In this document: piece by piece, positions 55,877 to 64,000 of the stretch
How the letters are laid out: every line of letters starts with the position of its first letter
Numbering within the stretch: position 1 is the first letter of the stretch
Assembly (NCBI GenBank): GCA_051294375.1
Contig: CM119271.1
Span: forward strand, 11,508,227 to 11,572,226
DNA: 64,000 nt
Reading direction: 5' to 3'
From: Paraspadella gotoi
Lineage: Eukaryota > Animalia > Chaetognatha
The notes under the pieces: generated by a model
Database searches by the model: none
Told to the model about the DNA's origin: nothing
The model's input: the letters and a program-made list of their open reading frames with translations, nothing else
Program-made: the position numbers and the translations under genes

Positions 55877-57703
55877 GATTCCGACCAGGAAGGAAAGGGG
55901 AGAAAAAGGCGTGGTGGAAAAGTTTTCCCTGAAAATAAGTTTCGCGAAGTCAAGAGGTCAAAGTTTTGAAGAGAATGAGGTTAGAAGGTCAAAGGATGAG
56001 GTTAGAAAGTCAAAAGGTCAAGAATGAGGTCAAAAGGTCAAAGAATAAGGTTAGAAGGTCAAATGGTCAAGAATGAGGTCAAAGGGTCAAAGAATGAGGT
56101 TAGAAGGTCAAAAAGTCAAAAAATGAGGTTAGAAGGTCAAAGGGTCAAAGAATAAGGTCACGGGGACAAAAAGGTCACCCAATCCAAGTCTTAACAAAAA
56201 GAAAACAAAAAGGAAAGACGACGATGACGATGACGAATTTATTGACCAACGACAACAACAACAAGAGAATAAAGACAAAGAAATTCATTGTTGAAATCAA
56301 CTTTAATGTTTATCATTTTCTTTAGTTTAAAAAGAAATAAATAATTCAAGTCCCTTTGAGATTTATTTCTTCCTCATTTTATTTTATGGTTTCTAAAAAT
56401 AGACCAAGAATTATCTCTATTTTTAAATCGAGAAATTTCTTATCATTAATATTTTAAATCGAATTTGAAAAATAAAAGAAAAGAAAAGAAATGAAAAATG
56501 AAATAAAAGAAAAACGAAACGAAAAGAAAAGAATATTTATTCTCTTTAAAGAGAAAAGAAAAGGAAAGAATGGAAGAGAAAAGAAAAGAAAAAAAGGAAA
56601 AGAAAAGAAAAGAAAAGAAAAGAAAAGAAAAGAAAAGAAAAGAAAAGAAAAGAAAAGAAAAGAAAAGAAAAGAAAAGAAAAGAAGGGAGCCACGTCGATT
56701 CATAATAAAGAGGTGAATGCCTTTTAAATCTCGATTGATGATCTTCGGTTAAGACGTGAATATAATCGTCATAAAAGCTGCTTCGTCGTCGTCGTCGTCG
56801 TCGCTGTCCTTATTGTTGTTGTTGTTTTTGTTTTTTCGTTGTTGTTTTTTGCAAGGCGCTTGTACTGATTTAAACTCCTTTTACTCCATTTACGGAACAT
56901 GTACAATAAAGTGAAGTGAAAGTTTGGAATCAAAATTTAACAGTTATATCATGAAAAATATCAAATTAGTGAATACTGAATTACTGATCTGTAATTCTTT
57001 TTCTTTTTTATGTATATTGTAGCCCAGTCAGCTTATTTTGTATATCTTACTACCCTTATATAATGTCAAAATTTCAAAATGTTTTTTTAAAAATTCTGAG
57101 AAAAGATTCAGATTCCTCATAAAAAGTTGGTAAAAGAAAATATAAATCTTTTTTAAAAATTATGTCATTAAGTAGGTTAAAATTATAAAAAACTAAATTT
57201 TTAAGCTGAAAATTAAAAATATATTAAATATAGTTTTTATATTTTTGACCAACTTAATGAAAGAATTTTTAAAAAAGAATTATACTTTTTTTATATATAT
57301 CAACTTTTTGCAAAGAATTCAAATCCGTACTTAAAATTTTAAAAGTTGCATTTTAAAATATTAGCCTATTATATACTTATTACTATATATAAATATAGCT
57401 CACTGGTGCCCACTAATGTATAGAATTAAAAAATGAATTTACCAAAATATTTTTATTGGTTTTTATTTTTATGTTCTATATGATAATATATACAATATTG
57501 TACACCTTAACTTGTTTTAAACTCTCTATCTCCCCTATCGCAAAGGAGAAAACGCTCAACACCTTAACCTCTCTATTTGCCCTCTCTTGACACGGACCTC
57601 TCTCCTCTTTTCCTCTCTATCGAAACAAAATTCCACCCACGCACCTAAACCATTTTTTTTGTGTCTCTAGAGAGAAAAAGGAAAAACATTAGAAGACAAA
57701 AGA

Positions 57704-57759
<56 letters not shown>

Positions 57760-58130
57760 GACAAAAGAGCATCGAAGGCAACGGAGATAAGCGACCGCTT
57801 GAGGCGCACGATCATCCACGGCGAAGAGTTGATGTTTTCGTCGTCTGTCTCTGTCTCTATCTTACTCTCTTTCTCTCTCTCTCTTTATCTCTTTCTATGA
57901 GACACTTTTCGGTCGGTCTGTCCCACTTACATTAAAAATGTTCAAATCTTGCATATAGTTGGTTGCTCATTTGTTAAGACAGGAAAAAACTTCAAATCTA
58001 AACGACTGCTAGCGCCGCCTTCAGGAAATCCTAAAACTATAAAGAAAAAAAGATGAGCTAAGAAAGTCACTGCGGCGCAACAGACATTTGAATTTCCCTT
58101 CTTTTTTCCTTTCTTTATTTCTTTCTCTCC

Positions 58131-58164
<34 letters not shown>

Positions 58165-58419
58165 TTTTTCTTTCTTTCTTTCTCTCCCTCTCTCTCTTTC
58201 TCTGTCCCTCGCCTTCTCGTCTTGTGAAAAAACTTCTTCAAATTTTTATCTTTTGTTTTTTGATTCTTTTATTACATTAATTATCCTTCTAAGATTAATG
58301 TTGTTTTTTCCTGAAAAAAATAAAAGAAACTTTTAACTTTGTCTTTTTCTTATTTTAAATTATTTTTTTCTCGGTTTTTAAAAAAGGTTGTGATTAAAAA
58401 CCTCTTTATTAGTGCAAAT

Positions 58420-58451
<32 letters not shown>

Positions 58452-58470
58452 TATAGAGATAGAGAGATAT

Positions 58471-58530
<60 letters not shown>

Positions 58531-58791
58531 TATTAACAAAGAGAGGTGAAAATAACTCTTGAAATAAAAGGTTTGTCCTGTAATGAAACAACAAACCAGC
58601 AAACTAAGCAAAGAACAAACAATGGTTAAAAAAAATAATATTTTATTTTCGAAAAAAAAGTAGATGAGTCATTTAACACATAAATGAGAAATTTATCAAC
58701 GATTTAAAAAAGAAGTAAAAAATTATATTTAATTTGAATTTTATGGAAAAACAAAGAGATAAATCTGAGTCTTTGACCTCCTATCACTCAC

Positions 58792-58852
<61 letters not shown>

Positions 58853-59044
58853 TCTTAATTAGAATCTGTGATGCAACCTCTGCTGCTACGATAACAAGCA
58901 AGGTTGTGCCGCAGCAACCTCGCTGCCGCAAATAAGACTGACCTGATGTTTCTCGTCGAGATCAAAGATGTGCTGCAGCACGAGTGAGATAGTGACAGTG
59001 ACAGTTTCGTTGTACTGAAGCACAGGACGGATTCGTGGGTTTGT
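9991..59044 (-). CDS. Nicotinic acetylcholine receptor alpha-type (Cys-loop LGIC) subunit gene, 5' partial, 10 exons identified
   Basis: Hand-spliced AG/GT exons give a continuous protein: RIRPV...DEKHQ / [13 protein letters not shown] / WRPDVVL / Cys-loop C-x13-C with FPFD / loop C YPCCEVPY / M1-M3 / MPSW / MA helix / EW...DR M4 and stop. Exon phases are mutually compatible. Confidence 0.95.
10720..11070. repeat. Minisatellite, ~15-bp unit TTTGCCATCCCGCCC
   Basis: Directly visible tandem units; noisy reverse copies at ~16900-17170 and ~21060-21340. Confidence 0.85.
12984..13150 (-). CDS. nAChR exon i, positionally primary but indel-corrupted copy
   Basis: Same sequence as 18499-18655 with about 10 extra single bases; same splice sites. 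Confidence 0.7.
18499..18655 (-). CDS. nAChR exon i (intracellular loop/MA helix), clean copy: (S)[52 protein letters not shown]
   Basis: cag acceptor, CAG|gtgaga donor, 157 nt. Phase 2/0 bridges exon h and the last exon. Confidence 0.8.
26480..26880. repeat. Minisatellite TTATCTCTACTTCTCT-type
   Basis: Tandem degenerate units; also at 30522-30730, 34230-34630 and (reverse) 36093-36370. Confidence 0.85.
26886..27586 (+). mobile_element. TRIM-like non-autonomous LTR element with tRNA-like sequence inside each LTR
   Basis: LTR1 26886-27179 (TG...CA), PBS-like TGGTGAGCCATCC at 27181, 121-bp interior, G-rich tract before LTR2, LTR2 27301-~27586. A box TGGCTCA and B box GGTTCAATCCC lie in the LTRs. 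Confidence 0.7.
30414..30521 (-). CDS. nAChR exon h, 3' part (post-M3): (M)[35 protein letters not shown]
   Basis: MPxWxR motif and AG|gtgaat donor. The missing 5' 23 nt (ERPKRTQM) sit on the + strand at 36070-36092. The joined 130 nt fits phase 1/2. Confidence 0.8.
34638..35338 (+). mobile_element. Second (apparently identical, redundant) copy of the TRIM-like element
   Basis: Offset 7752 from 26886-27586, with the same flanks and the same noisy bases; likely the same locus assembled twice. Confidence 0.65.
36974..37156 (-). CDS. nAChR exon g (M2-M3): [61 protein letters not shown]
   Basis: cag acceptor, AAG|gtaagg donor, 183 nt, phase 1/1. Has K0', L9', and the TPPxSxxVPIIGxY M2-M3 loop. 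Confidence 0.94.
41620..41698 (-). CDS. nAChR exon f (M1): IVMPCMLL...; as assembled [26 protein letters not shown], probably [23 protein letters not shown] after removing inserted bases
   Basis: cag acceptor, gtgaga donor, phase 0/1, M1 'PC' motif. It is 9 nt longer than canonical M1 spacing, and the extra bases look like single-base read insertions. Confidence 0.85.
43281..43451 (-). CDS. nAChR exon e (loop C): [57 protein letters not shown]
   Basis: Different frame from the listed ORF 43267..43545. cag acceptor, CAG|gt donor, 171 nt. YxCCxxPY vicinal cysteines define an alpha subunit; pre-M1 RKP is present. Confidence 0.95.
43689..43770 (-). tRNA. tRNA-Leu(AAG), intronic
   Basis: GTTAGCGTGGCCGAGTGGTCTAAGGCGCTGGTTTAAGGTACCAGTCTCTACGGAGGCGTGGGTTCGAATCCCACCGCTGCCA. 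A and B boxes present; CTGGT/ACCAG anticodon stem with AAG; long variable arm; T6 Pol III terminator at 43678-43683. There is one acceptor-stem mismatch (T2:C71). Confidence 0.9.
44615..44704 (-). CDS. nAChR exon d (Cys-loop, loop B): [30 protein letters not shown]
   Basis: Not in the ORF track; translated by hand. cag acceptor, CAG|gtgcaa donor, 90 nt. FPFDxQxC completes C-x13-C, and the loop B Trp is present. Confidence 0.94.
44728..44930. repeat. 10-bp minisatellite (AGTGTGGTCA-like)
   Basis: Tandem degenerate decamers at the 3' end of the intron upstream of exon d. Confidence 0.8.
45500..45661 (-). CDS. nAChR exon c: [20 protein letters not shown]...[17 protein letters not shown]
   Basis: cag acceptor, GAG|gtgagg donor, 162 nt, phase 0/0. 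Contains WxPD (loop A), GxVxWxP and the first Cys of the Cys-loop. Confidence 0.94.
47732..47820. repeat. (GCCTTT)n hexamer microsatellite grading into GCCCTA/GCCTTA
   Basis: Directly visible. Confidence 0.85.
54575..54661 (-). CDS. nAChR exon b: [29 protein letters not shown]
   Basis: Polypyrimidine+cag acceptor, AAG|gtaagt donor, 87 nt, phase 0/0. Contains the WxDxxLxWNPxxYxG motif. Confidence 0.93.
55948..56180. repeat. AGGTCAAA / GAATGAGGTTAGAAGGTCAAA minisatellite
   Basis: Tandem units; a similar AGGTCA-rich tract lies at ~9510-9750. Confidence 0.75.
58943..59044 (-). CDS. nAChR exon a (first visible): [34 protein letters not shown]
   Basis: cag acceptor, CAG|gtcagt donor, 102 nt, phase 0/0. 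Contains the RPV and DEKxQ motifs of the nAChR ECD. Confidence 0.92.
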
Positions 59045-59934
59045 CTGTCGAACAAAAGGGAATCGAATTTTGAAAGAGATAAATGCGACATCTTTTGATT
59101 CACTCATGAACTACGAATGTTACTTTCGGTTTTGTATATAAAAGAGTAAATAAAATTATGAAAGTAGTACAACCAATATTTATATATATATTTATTTACT
59201 TTGGTCAGGCTATAGTGGGTTTTAAATTAGTATTATTACACATATTATTTTATTATTTTCATTTATTGGAATGGCCCTTTAATACAATTGAAATAGTTTA
59301 TGAAACAATTAGGCATTTCAGCTTATTAATTAAATGAATTATTATTTTTATATTAATAAAAGTATTAGTATTTTTTAAATTTAAACTAACTATTCATACT
59401 AATACAAAACTGTCTCATTTCAGTCTCCAAAAGCGACGTGAAAATGACTTTTTTGATGTTAAGTTTGACCATCATTACGATAATCGGACTTAGGAAGAAA
59501 TCTCTCTCTCTCTCTCNNNNNNNNNNTCTCTCTCTCTCTCTCTGACCTCTGACCTCTGACCCAATCAGTGACCAAAACGACTTAGAGAATCCAACTCGTT
59601 TTTCGTCAAGAATAAAAATCTCAATTTTGAATCTCGAATCCATTTTCCATTTCGCCATTTTTGTCGTTTTCCATTTTTCCTTTTTCTCTTTTTCCATTTT
59701 TCTTTTAATTCTTTTTCTCCATTTTTCTCGTTTCTCTTTTTTCCATTTTCCTATTTTTTTCTTTTTTAAAACAAAGGGAAAAAAATTCATTTTTCTCTCG
59801 ACCTCCAATCGGAAAATAGGAAACGACGACAACAACGACGACAACAACAACAACAACCAGATGGTTTATCTCTTTCCCTTTTTTTCGTTGACTTTCGATT
59901 CTGGCTTCGACGCTTAAGCAAATGGCCTCGTAAA

Positions 59935-60480
59935 AGGAAAGAGGCCATTGAGGGTGGAGAGAGGCCAAAGGAATAAGGAAAGAGGCCAACGAGGATGGAG
60001 AGAGGCCAAGGAAAAAAGAAAAGAGGCCAACGAGGGTGGAGAGAGGTTAGGGAAAAGAGGAAAAAGGCCAACGAAGGTGGAGAGAGGCCAAGGAAAAAGG
60101 AAAAGGCGATGGAGGGAGAAAGTGGCCAGAGAAAAGAGGAAAGAGGCCAAGGAAAGAACAGGGCAGGAAGAACAGGGCAGGGAAGGGCAGGAAAGGACCA
60201 AACTGGGAAGGACAGGGAAAGACAAAGCAGGGAGGGATTGAGAAGGACAAAGCAGGGAAGGACAGGGATGGACAGGACAGGGAAGGACAGGGCAGGGAAC
60301 GACAGGTCAGGGAAGGGAAGGGCAGGGAAAAGCAGGGAAGGACACAGCAGTGAAGGATCGAGCAGGGAAGGACAGGGAAGGACAAAGCAGGAAGGGATTG
60401 AGAAGGACAACGCAGGGAAGGACCAAGCAGGGAAGGACCAAGCAGGGAAGGACAAAGCAGGGAAGGACAGGGAGGGAAAA
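59935..60480. repeat. Compound purine-rich minisatellite (GAGAGGCCAA; CAGGGAAGGACAAAG)
   Basis: Tandem units; these explain the spurious ORFs 59787..60679. Confidence 0.85.
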
Positions 60481-60586
60481 CATTGACAAATGACAAATGA
60501 GCCTGAGACGAGACGAGGACCACAAAAGGAGAAATTGACACAAGAGATTTTAGACGCTCATCACCTCTTAAGCAAAGACAAGAGGA

Positions 60587-60634
<48 letters not shown>

Positions 60635-60970
60635 AGAAAGAAAGAAAGAAAGAAATAGAAAAAAAAAAAAGTTGAACAACTAAAGTTGGGCTGATAACTT
60701 GCCTCGGCAGCAAAAGAGACAGCAGTATTTCATGTTATGCCTTCAGAGCATCAATACTGAACAGTTAATACCAAACAGCATTGAGTCAACATTCTTAACG
60801 GTCAACACCCCGCGGGGTCATTTCACCCCTTTGCGCCATCAAAGGTCAAGACCCCGCGGGGTCATTTCACCCCTTCGCGCCATTAATACCCTTGAAAGAC
60901 GAATGGTGCTTATTATTAGTTAAATTAGTCAGGAAAGATTTCGTGAGGATGATATAGATCATTGGGGCCG

Positions 60971-61062
<92 letters not shown>

Positions 61063-61735
61063 TTTTCTCTGACAAAATCAGGAATTAAAAGATCGAAAAT
61101 CGTAAAACTTTTGCTGTGAAATGAATTAATTTACATCTTTTGGCGGAAATTAACCAAAAAAGATTCTCGTACAAATTACTGTGAAAGAGGAAGAGGAAGA
61201 GGAAGAGGGAGAGTTAGAGAGAGAGAGGAGAGGGAGGGAGAGAGGGAGAGGGAGAGGGAGAGTTAGAGACAGAGAGGAGAGAGAGAGGGAGGGAGAGAGA
61301 GGGAGAACCAAACTAATTCTAAAACGCAACGAAAGAAAACATTCACACAATGTTTACAAATTAAAATGTCAAATTAAAATAATTATAGCTGCACTTTCTA
61401 TTTCTAACTAATAATCAATATTACTAGTTAACTTTAACCGTCTTCACGTAAAATTACAAAAAGCATCAGTTTTTTTACAAAATCTTTCAATAATATTTCT
61501 TGAGCTTCGCTGCCTTCCGTGCCACATGGGGCTGGACTGGGTTGGGTTCGGCTGGGCCAAAAGCGAAAGGTTGGGCTCGGCTGGGCCAAAGGCTAGCCCT
61601 TTGGGTCGAAAAGCCTTTTCATTCACCTCGGGGTTTATTGTGCTGATTCGATGCGATCAAATGCGATTAGTTGCAATCAAATGCAATCATATGCAGATGT
61701 TGACCGGGTCAAGGAATTAACGACGGGTAGCGTCC

Positions 61736-61778
<43 letters not shown>

Positions 61779-63087
61779 CCTCTCTCTCTCTCCCTCTCTC
61801 TCCCCCTCCCATCTTAACGAGAGAAATGTAGGTCAGAGATGAGGCCGACAATCCAGATGCCCGACAACTCTGTCGGTCAAAGAGAATTTCCTTGATTTTC
61901 TGTGAATCGTTGATGAGTGAGATGGAAGATGACGATGAAGAAGATGGTAATGATGATGAAGATGATGAGAATAATGATGATGATGTTGATGATGATGATA
62001 ATGATAATGATGATGATAAAAAAATAAAAATTATGAAATTAAATATTTCACCGAAGGGAAAAATAAAAAAAAGTCAAACTAAGATTTTTAATTTATCTTC
62101 AAACTTGGAAATAAATTTGTACATCAATTTAAAAGAATAAATATTTAATTATGTAAATAAAGAAAAATGTATATTATATAAATATTACCAGATAAAAAAA
62201 ATAATATTTTTATTTTTCTCTTTTTAATAAGAAAATCGATTATTTTTTCTATAATTTGATTTCTGATGAAAAATTTGTGAAGGAAAAGAAGCAACAGATG
62301 GGAGACGATTCTTTCTTTGAAGTGAGTATGATTCTCTCTCTCTCTCTCTAACTCTCTCTCTCCCTCTCGCTCTCTCTATCTCGCTCTCTCTATCTCTATC
62401 TTCTATAATGGTTTTAGAAGGAGCTACCACGAGACCCTCAAGCAACTTTTTTACTGATTCTTCGCTTAGGCGAAAAAAACTTAATTTTATTGTGGAAAGT
62501 GAAGAGAAAAAGATAAGAAAAGGCAATAAAAGAAAAGAGAGGAAGAAAATGAAATAGAAGAAAAAAGAGAAGAAGAAAAGAGAAGATGGAAATTAAAGAA
62601 AAGAGAGGAAAAAAAGAGAAGAAGGGAATAAAAGAAAAGACAGGAAGAAAATGAAAGAAAAGAAAAAAGAGAAGAAGAAAAGAGAAAAAGGGAATAAAAG
62701 AAAAGACAGGAAGAAAATGAAAGAGTAGAAAAAAGAAAAGAAGAAAAGAGTAGAAGGGAATAAAAGAAAAGACAGGAAGAAAATGAAAGAGAAGAAAAAA
62801 GAGAAGAAGAAAAGAGAGGAAGAAAAGAGAAGAAGGGAATAAAAGAAAAGAAAGGAAGAAAATGAAAGAAAAAAAAGAAAAGAAGGGAATAAAAGAAAAG
62901 AAAAGAAAAAAATGAAAGAAAACAAAAAAGAGAAAAAGAAAAAAGAAATTAGAGAAATAGAGGAAAAAAATGAAATAGAAGAAGAAAAAGAAAAGAAAGA
63001 GAAAAAAGAGAAGAAGAAAAGAAAAGAAAAGAAAAAAGAAAAGTTTTCCCTTTTTTTCTTTATCGTTTTTTTTCTCTCTCTCCCACC

Positions 63088-63130
<43 letters not shown>

Positions 63131-63744
63131 CTTTATTGTTTCTCTCTCTTTTCTTATCGCTTCTTTCGTCGCCTAAATTTCTTTTTCTTCCAGCGAAACT
63201 TTTCTTCGTTTTCGTCAACCAATTTTTTGCCACTCCGATTATTTGCCACTTCGATACTTTGCTCCACTCCTGACATTTTCCCATTTCCCGCGAATTCTTA
63301 ATTCTTTCCCAAAAATAGAAACACCGACGAAAGAACTGATCCCTCCTGCCTACAGATTTAGACATCTTTATATCCCAATGAGATTCATACAAATTTGGCG
63401 ACCGACCAAAGCCATTCTTTGCTTTTATTCTCTCGCCACATTTTTCGGCAAAACACTAATCTTTTTCAACACTCTTTTCTTCTTATCTTTCACTTCATTC
63501 TTCGGCTTCCGCCACCCCTCCCCCCACGCAGTCGCCATTCCGCGCCATCGGATCCTAATGCGCCCCTTAAGAATTATTCCGTGCCGCAGCCGCAGCCGCC
63601 GCAGCCGTAGCCGCCGCCAAGCCGCACCCTCGCCGACTCAGAGCCGCAGCAGCTGCCGCCGCCAAGCCGCACCGTCGCCGCCTAAGAGCCGCCGCGGAGC
63701 CGCGGTCTTGACGCTTCGACGCCTCGTTTTTGGTCGACGGGGAA

Positions 63745-63900
63745 TTTGAACTTTGGACTCTTTGAACTGAGGGCTTTTGATTTTGGACTTTTTGGGATTT
63801 AGACTTTGGACATTTTGGGCTTTGGACTTTGAACTTTTTGGGCTTTTGACTTTGTACTTTGAACTTTTTTGACTTTGGACTTGGGACTTTGAAGAGACTT
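63745..63900. repeat. ~7-8-bp TTTGGAC/TTTGAAC minisatellite
   Basis: Directly visible. Confidence 0.75.
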
Positions 63901-64000
63901 TAAAGACTATGGACTCATAATCGCTTTTTTAGTTTAGTCTCAGATGAAAGATATTACGTATTTGCGAAAAAGGGTCTAACTACAATAAGGCTTTTAGCTT

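Noticed and set aside
62428-62464. Candidate upstream nAChR exon (S)EESVKKLLEGLV for the alpha1 helix
   Set aside because: Weak aag acceptor and weak gtagct donor, and too short to support. The N-terminal exon is left unassigned.
1-64000. CRISPR arrays or prokaryotic systems
   Set aside because: The sequence is eukaryotic (spliceosomal introns, Pol III tRNA), and the tandem repeats lack unique spacers.

Overview
This is eukaryotic (invertebrate metazoan) draft-assembly DNA. It is AT-rich, full of microsatellites (AG, GAC, AAAAG, GAG) and broken by N gaps; almost all listed ORFs are low-complexity artefacts. The main real content is one minus-strand, multi-exon Cys-loop ligand-gated ion channel gene, a nicotinic acetylcholine receptor alpha-type subunit. 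Ten phase-compatible exons can be read from 59044 down to the stop at 9991 (about 430 aa); the signal-peptide exon is not found and is probably beyond the window. The subunit keeps the loop C vicinal cysteines but lacks the -1' Glu of cation channels (probably 'DSPGK') and has lost the loop A Tyr and loop D Trp. A tRNA-Leu(AAG) gene and a small TRIM-like LTR element whose LTRs contain a tRNA-like sequence lie in its introns; an old solo-LTR relative of that element sits at about 7.5-7.75 kb. About 20 kb between 13.9 and 36.1 kb consists of zig-zag inverted or duplicated, indel-rich copies of the gene's 3' half next to 25-N gaps. This is most likely long-read gap-filling artefact rather than real duplication.
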